DNA of 63,117 nt, the filler included, from Anaerolineae bacterium (GTDB lineage: Bacteria > Chloroflexota > Anaerolineae > Epilineales > Epilineaceae): assembly GCA_029262755.1 (NCBI GenBank). It is 6 parts of 6 records of this genome, joined end to end, with 100 filler letters (N's around TTAATTAATTAA, not from the genome) between each part and the next. Parts side by side here need not be neighbours in the genome. Positions count along the whole stretch, not along the records: positions 8,768 to 21,432 come from JAJCYU010000277.1; positions 21,533 to 33,399 come from JAJCYU010000278.1; 4 more parts are not named here. One strand, given 5' to 3'. Both the position numbers and the translations under genes were made by a program. A model generated the notes under the pieces. That model was not told where the DNA came from and ran no database searches. It was given only the letters and a program-made list of their open reading frames with translations. This document shows, one piece after another, positions 20,986 through 31,338 of this stretch (positions within the stretch are counted from its first letter, which is position 1; every line of letters begins with the position of its first letter).

Positions 20986-21117
20986 ATGAAGACGTTCAAG
21001 AATCTCTATCCGGAACTCTGCAGCTTCGAGAACCTGTTTCTGGCCTGGCGGAGGGCGGCCCGGGCAGCATCGCGCGCAATCACGAGGATATCGATGCGGC
21101 GGTCGTTCGGTTCGTGA
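20986..21117 (+). pseudogene. N-terminal remnant of a DGR-type reverse transcriptase
   Basis: MKTFKNLYPELCSFENLFLAWRRAAR matches the typical DGR RT start (MKxxxNLYxxIxxFENLxxAxxxARxGK); similarity ends after about 26 codons; no YxDD motif. Confidence 0.75.
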
Positions 21118-21289
21118 GCACCACCGGTCGCGACACCTGGGGTCTATCGAATGTGACCGGCGGCAAGGCCCTCTCCAAGTTCGGTTCCCCCACGGCCTGC
21201 CCGTACCATGAACCCGCTCGTCAGATCCCATGGTCTCCACGTACGGGGATTTCCCATTTCGATCGCTTGATTGAACTAAAGGCAACACC

Positions 21290-21432
21290 TTGAACAATCC
21301 TCTGACGCAAACGACGGCCGTGCCAGATGGCCGGCGTGATTCCGCGGCCGCCGCAAGCGCCCTCGACCGACCGGTGGACTCCCGGTTGGCGGTCGAGGTC
21401 GCTCGCCGGCGGACCTTCGCCATCATCTCCCA
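21290..21432 (+). CDS. prfC: Peptide chain release factor 3, N-terminal fragment at contig end
   Basis: EVARRRTFAIIS(H) is the RF3 signature just before the P-loop. Confidence 0.8.
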
Positions 21433-21532
21433 NNNNNNNNNNNNNNNNNNNNNNNNNNNNNNNNNNNNNNNNNNNNTTAATTAATTAANNNNNNNNNNNN
21501 NNNNNNNNNNNNNNNNNNNNNNNNNNNNNNNN
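21433..21532. other. Artificial contig linker
   Basis: N-run, TTAATTAATTAA, N-run. Confidence 0.99.
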
Positions 21533-23699
21533 ACGCGATGTCGAGCACGCCCTCGGTCTGTTCCGGCTCGGGCACGTTCTGGGACAGGGTCCGCCAGACC
21601 TGGCTGATGTAGCGCAACAGGATGCCCTCGCTACGCTGGACGTTGTATCGGCGCACATAGTCGTCGAAGCTGAGGTAGCCCTCAAACATTTCGCGCGCGA
21701 TGGACTTGGGGTGCACGTCGCTCTCGGAGACCCACGGGTGGGTCTCCGCGTGGAGTGCCAGGGTACCGTGGATGAAGTCGGCCAAGGGTTGAGGATGCTC
21801 GATCTGGTCCAACTGCCGCATGCGCTCGTCGTAATCGACGCGTTCGCTCTTCAGGCGGTCCATCAGCGCGCCTCTGGCTTTGTACTGCTGTGCCTTGATG
21901 ATCGGCCACGGGTGCTCGAGTGTGGCCTCGACCAGCGTCAGCACGTTCAGGGCGTGGTCGTCGTCGTAGGGGTCGAGCATCTGGACGGCGTCGACCAGCC
22001 ACAGCGAGAGCGCTTGGTGCAACGAGAAATCGGCCTGGAGGAGCTCGCTGACCCCCACCCGTGCATGCCCGGAATCATCGGGTTCTACCGTGACGATGCC
22101 CGCGCGGCGCAAACCCCGAAAAAGCTCGGCTGCGCGTGCCAGCTGGCGGGCTTTGCGCCGCGGCTTGTCGTGATTGCCCAGGATGAGGTCGACGAGGAAG
22201 CGGTAGCCGCCCGAGCGGTCGTCGGTGGCAACATACCCGGATGGTGCGGCCGGATCCTCGGCGCGTGCCTCGTCGTCGCGCGCCCGCTGGAGCACCTGGA
22301 TCAACATGCCGTGGTTTACGTGAAATCGACTACCTAGAGGCTCGGGCGGCCGGCTGACGAGCGACTTGAAGGTCTTGTGACTCCAGGTCACGTCACCCTT
22401 GCGCGGAGCCTTGGGTTTGCCCTTGGGACCCCGTTTGCCCCTACGTTGGGCCTTCGCTTGCTTCGCCTGCCGCTTGCGGTTGTCGATGATGTGGCCCGGC
22501 GCCTGGGCAATGACGCTACCCCGGTCGTCGAAGCCCTTTCGGCCCGCACGACCCGCGATCTGGTGGAAGTCGCGCGCGCGCAGGATGCCGACCTTGCGGC
22601 CATCGTACTTGGCCAGCTTGCTGAAGAGCACCGTGCGAATCGGGATGTTGACGCCCACGCCGAGGGTGTCGGTGCCGCAGATGATCTGCAGGAGCCCATC
22701 CTGCGCCAAGCGCTCGACGAGCCGCCTGTAGCGGGGGAGCATGCCGGCGTGGTGGATGCCGATCCCCTGGCGCAGTACCCGGCTGAACTCCTTGCCGAAG
22801 GGTGTTGACAGATCCGCCGAGGCCAAGCGGCGACCGATCTCCTTGCGCTCGCTTCGGTCTGCCAGGGAGAGGCTGGTCAGCTGTTGCGCCAACTCGTTGC
22901 ACTCGCGGCGCGTGAAGCTGACGATGTAGGCTGGCACGCGGCCCTCGTCGACCAGGTCGGCCACCGTCTCGTGCAGCGGCGACTCGCGCCATCCATAGTC
23001 CAGCGGTACGGGTCGGTGCACGGATTGCACCCACGCGGTCTCGCGCCCGGAGCGCTCCGCAAGGCGATCCGCGATGTCGCCCATGTCGCCGAGCGTTGCG
23101 CTCATCAACAGGAAGCGCGTGTCCTGCAGCACGATGAGGGGCACCTGCCATGCCCAGCCGCGATCGCGGTCACCGTAGTAGTGGAACTCGTCCATCACGA
23201 CGTCGTTCGGGGCTCCGGCCTCCCCCCAGCGCAAGACCTGGTTGGCCAGGATCTCGGCCGTGCAGCAGATCAGCGGTGCATCGGGGTTGATCGAGGCGTC
23301 GCCGGTGAGCATCCCGACCTGCTCGGGACCAAAGTCCGCGCACAGGGCGAAGAACTTCTCGTTGACGAGGGCCTTGATCGGCGCGGTGTACCAGGCACGG
23401 CGTCCTTCGGCCATGGCTTTGAACATCAAGGCCGTCGCCACGAGCGTTTTACCCGACCCGGTCGGGGTATTCAAGATCACATGGCGCCCTGCGAACAGCT
23501 CGAGCAAGGCCTCCTCTTGATGCGCGTAGAGGACCAGCCCCAGTTCGGAGGCCACATAGTCCAAGTAGCGGTCCAGCGCTTCATCGGAGTCGAAGCGCCC
23601 CGACGGATCCGAGGGCAGGCGAGCGAGCAAGGGCGGCACAGGCGCGCCCGGCGCGGCATGCGCCTCGGGGTTGGGTCTCCGCCGCTCGACGTCCGTCAA
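21533..23699 (-). CDS. Ski2-like DEAD/DEAH helicase (DUF3516 type), 3' truncated
   Basis: PTGSGKT, APIKALVNEK, MDEFHYY, MSATLG, HHAGMLP, TDTLGVGVN, QIAGRAGR. TTG 23699, overlapping the upstream stop, is the inferred start. Confidence 0.9.
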
Positions 23700-26600
23700 C
23701 CGTCCATGGCCATTATCAGTGTGCCGCCCGGGACTACCGCGCCTTCCGCGGTCGTTCCATCCGGCCAGCGCACGTTGACCGCGACGTCTCCGTCCGCATA
23801 GGCGCCGATGCCGACGACCTGGCGCGACGAGTCCTGGCTGCGCCATCCGCCGCCCGCCGCGACCTCGCGCTCCACAGGCGGTTGATCACCAGCGCGCACC
23901 GTCACGCGTGCCCCGACGGCCGCGGGGTTGCCCGCCGTGCCGCGCAGCTCGATGGTCACGGAGCGATGGTTCGCCACGCCCTGGTTGCGGTAGACGCGCA
24001 GCGCCCCGCCTTGTACGCCGACGATCACGTCCGCCCAGCCGTCCGTGTCGACGTCGCCGATGGCTAGGCCACGGACCTCGTCGGACAACGCGAGGCCGCT
24101 ATCGCCGGCCGGAACGTAGTCGAACGCGCCCGCACCGTCGCCGCGTAGCCAGCCGCCGAGGCCGCCTATCCCGGCGTCTTCAGCAATCGAATCGTCGTTG
24201 CCGGCGAGCAGGATGTCGTCATGCCCGTCGTTGTCCAGATCCGCAACGGCCACGCCGAAGCCGACCGTGGCCTGGATCGCGTTCGGCAGCGCCTCGGCGA
24301 CAAAGCGGCCGTCTTCGTTGCGCCAGAGGGTGTGGGCGAGGGTCGTGGCTTCCACGCGCGTCGCGCGCGCCTCGACCTCTGGGGAAAGCAGCGAGGAGAG
24401 CGGCGCGACCGCGTAGTCCGCCCAAGTTTCGAAGTCGCTCCAAGCGTTCGGCAACGCCTCCGAGACCGTCAAGCGGTCGCGACGGGGCCACAGGCGTCCG
24501 TCCGACCACTCCGTTTCCACGACATCGTGATCGCCGTCCTCATCCAGGTCACCGTGAAAGAGCGTGAGGGGCTGGTCGGTATCGGCCGTTCGCAGCGCCC
24601 CACCTCCAAGGTTGGCCGCCACGAGATCCAGATCACCGTCATGGTCGAAGTCGCCCGCAGCCAGCCCGCGCCAAATACCCGTGGCGGACAAGAAGCCGAA
24701 TGTCTCGGTGGCATCGACCAGCACACCGCCGTCGTTGCGCAGCAGACGGATCGGGCCCCATTCCGTGGCTGCGACCAGATCGGGATCGCCGTCGTTGTCG
24801 ACGTCGACAAAGCGGGCCGCGGTCACGGCGCCGAGCGTCGCGAGGACGTCAGCCGACTCTGGACGCTCCCGAAGGCCGTCGGAATCGACGTCGTAGAGGT
24901 GGGAAGGGGATGACTCCGGCCATTGACCGGGCAGCACGCGGCCGCCCACGAAGAGCTCTAGATCGCCAGCGCCGTCGACATCGGCCACGGCGATGGCGCC
25001 GAAGGATCCGCTCGCGGCGGCCGCGAGCAACTCCGCCTCGGCTCCGCTAGGACGGCCCGCGGGGTCTACAGGCGCTTCCGCGGCCTCGCCTGCCTCGGCC
25101 GCCGCGAGGATCGCTCCCGCGGGTAGCATCCGCGCCACGGGGGGGAGCCCGTCGCCACCAACTCGCTCCACGCTGCTTAGACCGTCTAACAACACACCGG
25201 CAGTGTCGCCGGGGGCCGGAGGCACGATCACGAGCCCCGCAGTCTCCAGCCCGTCGTCGGGCCACGGAATCTCCCAGTGTCGGAAGTTGCCATCCTCCGA
25301 TGCCAAGAACAGCGCACTGGGCTTGCGACGTGCACCGCCAACGGCGATGTCATCGCGCCCGTCTCCGTTTACGTCGCCCACCGATACCGTAGGACCGTCT
25401 TCAGCCAGGCTCCACGGCACCAGCTTCTGAGAGATCGTCGGGTCGAAGCCGCTCTCTTCGTGACGATACTCCAGCCCCAATTCACGCGCGACATCCACAA
25501 ACTGGGTGCCGACATCCTGAGGCCTGGCGGGAACGGCTTCGCCAACGGGTTCGGAGATCGTCCAGTGCGTGTTGGCCGGCAACGCACCGAGCTCCGTGAC
25601 ATGGCCGGAGGGCCATTCGATACGCAAGCCATCGGCTGTCTCCGCGTCGGCGAGACCAAACACCAACAGCGGCTCGTCGCTGGACTGGTAGCCCTGTGTC
25701 CAAAGTTGTCGGATCTGCTCACGCCCGTTTGCTTGCAGGGTTACGCGCGCCCCTATGCCATCGCGGTTGGACGTTTCCCCCAACAGTCGAACCGCGATTC
25801 GAGCCGCCGCCGCGCGGTTCTCGTACAGCGCCGTCGGCTCATCCCAGCGATTGACTACGACGTCGAGATCCCCGTCCGCATCGAGATCGGCCAACGCGAT
25901 GCCGTGAGAGATGCCCACGTGGTCGAAGCCCCACGCTTCCGAAACGTCCTCCAGACCGTCGCCGTCCACGTTGCGCATGACCATGTCAGGCTGCCGTTGA
26001 ATTGGTAGATCGCGCAAGAAGGACATTGCTTCGACAGGGTCGGGTGCTTGCGATCGGTCTGCAGAACTTGCCAAGGACTGGATCAATTCGGAGGTGTCGT
26101 GATCGAAGCCGCCATGGATCATCCCCGTCGGCAGCAAGACATCCTGGCGTCCATCTAGATCGAGATCGACCCATTTTGGCGACCACGTCCAGCCGGTGAA
26201 AGCACTTGCAGCGCTGCCGTCGACGGCGCGGAACGTGGCGTCACCCTCATTGTGCAGAAGCACGTTGCGGTCGACCTGCCGGGCTCCCCCGATCGCGCCA
26301 AGGCCGTCCGCCTGTGCGATCCAAGGACTGTAGTGAAAGGCCTGGCGCGCCGAACGCTCCGCGGGCCGTACATCCGTGGCAAACACGTCGAGGCGGCCAT
26401 CGTCGTCGAGCTCACCGAGCCCGACGCCCTGGCTATGGCGCGGTACGATCGGCAACGCGGCGTTCGGCGCGAGGGTGAAGCCACCGTCGCCGCGGTTGAG
26501 CCAAAGCCGGTCGGGGCTCTCGTAGTCGTTGGCGACGTAGAGTTCGGGCCAGAGGTCGCCGTTCAGGTCTCCCCATGCAGCGCTCACCCCCCAGAGGCGG

Positions 26601-27658
26601 CCTGCCATGCCGGCGTCTTGCAGCGACACCCGAAACACCCCCGTGCCGTCGTTCTCGAAGAGTAGATCGCCCTCTGGTATGAAGGCCATCGCTCCGACGC
26701 CAGAATCAATGTCGTAGCGCAACTCACTGTCGTCCGCATCGGGGTTCGACATTGGCGGCCATGCCTTCGAAATCTCGAACGACCGATGCGCGACGACATA
26801 GAGGTCGAGATCGCCGTCGCGGTCGTAGTCCGCGAAGGCCGGGGTCGTGGTCGCTCCCACATAGTCGAGGTTGGCGGGGATCGTCTGGTTGGCGAAGGTG
26901 CCGTCGCCCTGATTGACGAAAAGCTCCATGCGACCCGCCATCGCCGTTGTGAGCAGATCGGGATCTCCGTCGTTGTCGATGTCACCCCAAGCCGCGCCCG
27001 TCGGGAAGCGTGTCTTCCACCGGCCGGCCGCCATGTCGCGAGTCACAGCGACGCCCGCTTCCTCAGTGACGTCTTCGAAAGACCAGCCGCCGAGGTTGCG
27101 GTACAGGCGGCTGTCGCCCATTTGCGAGACCACGTACACGTCGGTCCGGCCGTCCCCGTCGTAGTCGGCCGCAGCGACTCCTGCACCGAGGTGAAGAAAG
27201 CGCGGGGCCAACTCACGCGGCAGAAAGTTGCCGCCGTCGATTCCGGATTGCGCGGCGCTGACCGGCGCCAAGAGCGGCCCCGTAACCGGCGGGCCGACCT
27301 CCAGGGAGCGGCTCACGACCACGGACGGAGCGTCCACGCGCGGCGTCGGCAACGGGGCCCGAGTCGGGCGCGGCGCAAACCGAGTCCCGCCGGCCGCAGG
27401 TGCGACTACGGCCACGTCCGTCACGTCCGCGGCCGCGGAGTCCGCGGACGGGGTGGCGGGCGTCTCGACGCCGTCCGGCCCGCAGGCAACGAGGATGGTG
27501 AGCGTCAAGAGCGCGGTGAATTGCGAGCGCCGATGCGCCTTTTGTCCCGAACGGCTCAACGAGCCCGTCGGTGTAGGGTTGGCATTCGTCACGGGATTGG
27601 GCCTCCGGCGCGGGGCGGCGCACGAGCGGGCTAGTGTAGCAGAGGCCCAGTAGGCCAC
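23696..27658 (-). CDS. FG-GAP repeat / ASPIC-UnbV (CRTAC1-like) lipoprotein with two propeller-ASPIC modules
   Basis: Many DxDxDGxxD repeats; SNRDGIGARV and GNPAAVGARV ASPIC modules; lipobox-like LVAC. True start probably downstream of 27658. Confidence 0.88.
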   Translation of the reverse strand: MAYWASATLARSCAAPRRRPNPVTNANPTPTGSLSRSGQKAHRRSQFTALLTLTILVACGPDGVETPATPSADSAAADVTDVAVVAPAAGGTRFAPRPTRAPLPTPRVDAPSVVVSRSLEVGPPVTGPLLAPVSAAQSGIDGGNFLPRELAPRFLHLGAGVAAADYDGDGRTDVYVVSQMGDSRLYRNLGGWSFEDVTEEAGVAVTRDMAAGRWKTRFPTGAAWGDIDNDGDPDLLTTAMAGRMELFVNQGDGTFANQTIPANLDYVGATTTPAFADYDRDGDLDLYVVAHRSFEISKAWPPMSNPDADDSELRYDIDSGVGAMAFIPEGDLLFENDGTGVFRVSLQDAGMAGRLWGVSAAWGDLNGDLWPELYVANDYESPDRLWLNRGDGGFTLAPNAALPIVPRHSQGVGLGELDDDGRLDVFATDVRPAERSARQAFHYSPWIAQADGLGAIGGARQVDRNVLLHNEGDATFRAVDGSAASAFTGWTWSPKWVDLDLDGRQDVLLPTGMIHGGFDHDTSELIQSLASSADRSQAPDPVEAMSFLRDLPIQRQPDMVMRNVDGDGLEDVSEAWGFDHVGISHGIALADLDADGDLDVVVNRWDEPTALYENRAAAARIAVRLLGETSNRDGIGARVTLQANGREQIRQLWTQGYQSSDEPLLVFGLADAETADGLRIEWPSGHVTELGALPANTHWTISEPVGEAVPARPQDVGTQFVDVARELGLEYRHEESGFDPTISQKLVPWSLAEDGPTVSVGDVNGDGRDDIAVGGARRKPSALFLASEDGNFRHWEIPWPDDGLETAGLVIVPPAPGDTAGVLLDGLSSVERVGGDGLPPVARMLPAGAILAAAEAGEAAEAPVDPAGRPSGAEAELLAAAASGSFGAIAVADVDGAGDLELFVGGRVLPGQWPESSPSHLYDVDSDGLRERPESADVLATLGAVTAARFVDVDNDGDPDLVAATEWGPIRLLRNDGGVLVDATETFGFLSATGIWRGLAAGDFDHDGDLDLVAANLGGGALRTADTDQPLTLFHGDLDEDGDHDVVETEWSDGRLWPRRDRLTVSEALPNAWSDFETWADYAVAPLSSLLSPEVEARATRVEATTLAHTLWRNEDGRFVAEALPNAIQATVGFGVAVADLDNDGHDDILLAGNDDSIAEDAGIGGLGGWLRGDGAGAFDYVPAGDSGLALSDEVRGLAIGDVDTDGWADVIVGVQGGALRVYRNQGVANHRSVTIELRGTAGNPAAVGARVTVRAGDQPPVEREVAAGGGWRSQDSSRQVVGIGAYADGDVAVNVRWPDGTTAEGAVVPGGTLIMAMDG

Positions 27659-27732
27659 CCAGGAATGCGCCCATGTTGCCCGGCGACCGACGGCGACCGT
27701 CGGCGACCTGCGCGTTGTAGAATGTCGAAGTA

Positions 27733-29451
27733 CTACGCGATAACCGTGTCATTGGCGTCGGCCAGGAGTTGGCGCGCCGTCTCGCGCGCCGGCTCGCCCA
27801 CACCGCCGAGCATCGCGGTGAGCTCTTCCACCCGGGCGTCGTCCACCAACAAGTTCACCTCGGTGGCCGTGCGCCCCTGTGCGACCGCCTTGCGGACATG
27901 CCAGTGGCTCGAACCGAACGCGGCGACCTGTGGGAGGTGGGTGACGCATAGAACTGGGTGGCGCTCTGCGAGGCCCGCGAGCTTGGCGCCGACGACCGCC
28001 CCGACCCGGCCGCCGATACCCGCATCGATCTCGTCGAAGATCAGTGTGGGAATGCGGTCGGCGCCACTGAGGATGGACTTCAACGCCAACATGATCCGCG
28101 CGGTCTCGCCGCCGGAAGCCACTTGAACCAAGCGTCGGGGCGGCTCGCCCGGATTCGTGGACACGCGGAAGGCGACCTGGTCGATGCCGCGCTCGTCGAC
28201 GGCGAAGCGGCCGTCGCCGAACGGAACGCCGGCAGGGTCCGGACGCTGTTCGATCGCCACTTCGAACGCGCTGCCCGGCATGCCAAGCGCGTCCATGACC
28301 ACCACGACCTCCTGCGCGAGGCGTTCGCCCGCGGCAAAGCGTAGGCCGGAAAGACGGCCCGCCCGCGCGCCCAGCTCCAAGCGCTCTTCGTCCAGGCGTG
28401 CCTCGATCTCGGTGGCCCGCGCATCGGCCCCCTCGATCGCGCCGAGCTTGACGGCTGCGTCCTCGCCGTGCGCCAGCACCGCCGGCACGTCGGGGCCATA
28501 CTTGCGTACCAGCGCGGCGTAGACGCCCAGCCGCTCTTCGATCTCTTCCAGGCGCTGCGGTTCGAAGTCGAGCCCTTCGCGGTAGACACGCACCTGTGCT
28601 GCGGCGTCGTTCGCGGCCTCCACCGCCGCCTGCAACGGCCCCAGGGCCGCGGCCCTCGAGGCGTCGAGGGCGGCCAGCTCCTCGATGGCGACGAGTGCAT
28701 CGGCCAGGCCGTCGAGGCCGCCGGGCTCGTCGTCGTCGGTACCACGCAGCGCGTGATAGGCACGTTCGGCCAAGGCCAGCAGCCGCTCGGCATTGGCCAG
28801 GCGCGTGCGTTCCGCGACGAGCGCGACCTGCTCGCCGACATCGAGCTGTGCGGCGGAAATCTCCTCCACCTGGAATCGCAGCAGGTCCTGGGAGCGCAGC
28901 CGATCGGACTCTTTCGAACGCAGACCCTCCAACTCGGCCTGCATCTGGCGCAGTGCGCGCACGCTTTCGGCAAGCTGCAGGCGGTCGTCCTCGAGACCCG
29001 CGTAGCGGTCCAACAGCACCAGGTGCTCGCGCTCCCGTTGCAGGCTCGCGTTTTCGCTTTGGCCGTGGACGTCGATCAGCAGTCGACCGATTTCCGACAA
29101 GGCGCGAATCGGTACCGCGCGACCGTTGACACGGCCCACGGAACGACCGGCGGCGTGAATCTCGCGCGTGAGGATCAGGACGGGATCTTCATCGACCCCG
29201 TGCGCCTCCAAGATTTCGCGAATCGCGTCCGCGGCGGGCCCCGTGTCGAAGACGCCCTCGATCACGGCGCGCTCCACGCCTCCCCGCACGGTTTCACTAT
29301 CCGCGCGTTCACCGAGTAGCTGGCCGACCGCGCCGACGATAATGGACTTGCCGGCGCCCGTCTCGCCCGTAAGGACGTTGAAGCCGGGCGTCAGCCGTAG
29401 GCGCAGATGCTCGATGATCGCATAGTCGCGGATCTCCAACTCGACGAGCAT
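27733..29451 (-). CDS. recN: DNA repair protein RecN
   Basis: LTGETGAGKS, IDVHGQ, ASGGETAR, IFDEIDAGIGG, CVTHLPQVAA. Confidence 0.97.
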   Translation of the reverse strand: MLVELEIRDYAIIEHLRLRLTPGFNVLTGETGAGKSIIVGAVGQLLGERADSETVRGGVERAVIEGVFDTGPAADAIREILEAHGVDEDPVLILTREIHAAGRSVGRVNGRAVPIRALSEIGRLLIDVHGQSENASLQREREHLVLLDRYAGLEDDRLQLAESVRALRQMQAELEGLRSKESDRLRSQDLLRFQVEEISAAQLDVGEQVALVAERTRLANAERLLALAERAYHALRGTDDDEPGGLDGLADALVAIEELAALDASRAAALGPLQAAVEAANDAAAQVRVYREGLDFEPQRLEEIEERLGVYAALVRKYGPDVPAVLAHGEDAAVKLGAIEGADARATEIEARLDEERLELGARAGRLSGLRFAAGERLAQEVVVVMDALGMPGSAFEVAIEQRPDPAGVPFGDGRFAVDERGIDQVAFRVSTNPGEPPRRLVQVASGGETARIMLALKSILSGADRIPTLIFDEIDAGIGGRVGAVVGAKLAGLAERHPVLCVTHLPQVAAFGSSHWHVRKAVAQGRTATEVNLLVDDARVEELTAMLGGVGEPARETARQLLADANDTVIA

Positions 29452-29487
29452 GTCGTGCCTCACCTTCTGAAACCAACGAGAACGTAT

Positions 29488-29531
29488 CGAACAAACGGTC
29501 TAATTGTAGGGGGCGGGGCGGCGAGTGTGAA
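29488..29531 (-). promoter_or_regulatory. recN sigma70 promoter with LexA (SOS) box
   Basis: Minus strand TTCACA-N17-TACAAT (29526-29531, 29503-29508); CGAAC-AAAC-GGTCT at 29488-29501, one mismatch to GAAC-N4-GTTC. Confidence 0.75.
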
Positions 29532-29648
29532 GTTGTCGTGCGCCGTTTCGGCGACCGCTGCGCGACGCCGTTGCGCGCTGCGCGAGCGTCGGTTCGCCCT
29601 TGGAACGAGTGCGTCGCGCGCGTTCTTGTTCCGTACCGCGGGGCTCGG

Positions 29649-30464
29649 CTACTTCAGCCGGCTCGTCGCCGCACGCAGGCCGGCTACCAGATATCCGATG
29701 ATGCCGAACACGGGCGGCCCAACTCTTACGCCGGCCACCCACAGCCCAAAGAAAGCAAGGAGGACGCCGCCAACCAGGGATCCGGCTGCGACCCATTGGA
29801 GGCCGCGGCCCTTCTTGCGGCCACTGCCGCGCGAAACGGCTTCGGCGACGCCGTTACCGAACACGCCGCCGATCAAGAACCCGACGATCAATTCAAGGAA
29901 GCCCGACATGATCGAGGCCAACAAGATGAGCAACACCGCGGCTGCAACGCCAACCAAGCCACCGAATAGCGTCGCCCCGACCCACCCGCGACCGTCTACC
30001 TTGTAGAGCGGCGAACGGGTCTCCTTCATGCATGCTTTGCAGCGCAGACCGACCGGGTGCTGGCGCGCACAGTCCGGGCACATCGGGCGCCCGCAGCGAT
30101 TGCAGCGCAGCAGGGTCTCGCGTGAGCTGTGCCAGGTGCAATGCATCATCTCGAGCTCGTCGACCGCGACGTCCTCGAGCACTCCTGCGCCGTACTTCTG
30201 CGCTAGACGCTCAAGACCGGCTGTTGCCTCCGGATCGGCGGGTCGCAGCGCAAGCACCCGGTCAAAGGCGTCGCGCTTCGCATTGGGCTCCGCACGTGCG
30301 CCCGCGAGCCACAGCCACGCGTCCGCGTCCTTCGGATCGCGGCGTACTACCTCGTCCAACATCGTCCGTGCCTCTTCTGCCTCACCGACCCGTGCCGCGG
30401 CTTGCCCGCGACGCAGGAGCTCAGCCGTCGAAAGCGCGTCGAGATCCAGGCGTTGTCTTGCCAC
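29649..30464 (-). CDS. TPR + B-box-like zinc finger + membrane domain protein
   Basis: DAWLWLAG TPR; CTWH..RET.LRCNRCGRPMCPDC...PVGLRCKAC; C-terminal TM segments. Confidence 0.8.
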   Translation of the reverse strand: MARQRLDLDALSTAELLRRGQAAARVGEAEEARTMLDEVVRRDPKDADAWLWLAGARAEPNAKRDAFDRVLALRPADPEATAGLERLAQKYGAGVLEDVAVDELEMMHCTWHSSRETLLRCNRCGRPMCPDCARQHPVGLRCKACMKETRSPLYKVDGRGWVGATLFGGLVGVAAAVLLILLASIMSGFLELIVGFLIGGVFGNGVAEAVSRGSGRKKGRGLQWVAAGSLVGGVLLAFFGLWVAGVRVGPPVFGIIGYLVAGLRAATSRLK

Positions 30465-31338
30465 GTTGCAAGCGCTCCATCAGGGAGGAATAGAAGATGT
30501 TGGGCGGGCCGAGCCGTAGGAATCGGGCGCGCAGCGGCGAACATTCAACGCGCAGGCGATCGCCGTCCGCCAACGAGTGACAGTGCTGACCGTCCACGGA
30601 CAGAATTCCGTCGTAGTCCGTGTGAACGGTGATGTCGACGCGCGCGGTGCGGTGAAGCACGAGCGAGCTGACCGGCACGGGATGGGGCACCACAGGGGTA
30701 AGCACCATGGCGTCGACGGTCGGTGCGACGACCGGACCACCCGCCGAGAGGGAGTAGGCCGTGGAACCCGTCTGCGTCGCCACCACGAGGCCGTCGGCAA
30801 AAATGCGCGCAAGCGGTGCGCCGTCGATGGCGGTATCGAGCCGCACCGGTCGGCTCATCATGCCCCGGCCGACGAAGACATCGTTGACCGCGTCAAGGCC
30901 CTCGAGGCAGCGATCACCGATCCAGGCAGTGCAGCGCAACATGAGCCGCTCGTCGAGCTGCGCGTTGCCTTCCAGGATGCGCGGCACGATCTCGAGGGCC
31001 TGCTCCGGGTCGAGCTCCGCCAAGAAACCGAGGCGACCAAAGTTGACCCCGATCAGCGGAACACCATGCGGTGCGGCGATTCGCGCCAACCGCAACATCG
31101 TGCCATCGCCGCCGAGCGCCACCGCCCAATCGACTTCGGCAAGGTGGCGATCGATCGCATCGTCCTGCCACGCATCGAGCACGCGGGCGTCTGCACCGCG
31201 TTCGGTCAGCGTCTTCGCCAGTTCGTCGGCCAACGCGCGCGACTCGGTGATCCGCGGATGATACAAGACCGCGGCCCTACGCCAGCCGGGATGCTCCGAC
31301 CGAACCGTCAACGTGTTGGCCTGGGGGGTCGTCGCCAC
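30421..31338 (-). CDS. nadK: NAD(+) kinase
   Basis: LGGDGTML, GVNFGRLGFL, VND, DGLVVATQTGSTAYSLSAGGP. GTG start inferred. Confidence 0.95.
   Translation of the reverse strand: MATTPQANTLTVRSEHPGWRRAAVLYHPRITESRALADELAKTLTERGADARVLDAWQDDAIDRHLAEVDWAVALGGDGTMLRLARIAAPHGVPLIGVNFGRLGFLAELDPEQALEIVPRILEGNAQLDERLMLRCTAWIGDRCLEGLDAVNDVFVGRGMMSRPVRLDTAIDGAPLARIFADGLVVATQTGSTAYSLSAGGPVVAPTVDAMVLTPVVPHPVPVSSLVLHRTARVDITVHTDYDGILSVDGQHCHSLADGDRLRVECSPLRARFLRLGPPNIFYSSLMERLQRGKTTPGSRRAFDG

Noticed and set aside
20832..21290. Complete active DGR at this locus
   Set aside because: No template repeat, no avd and no RT catalytic core; only a 26-codon stub.
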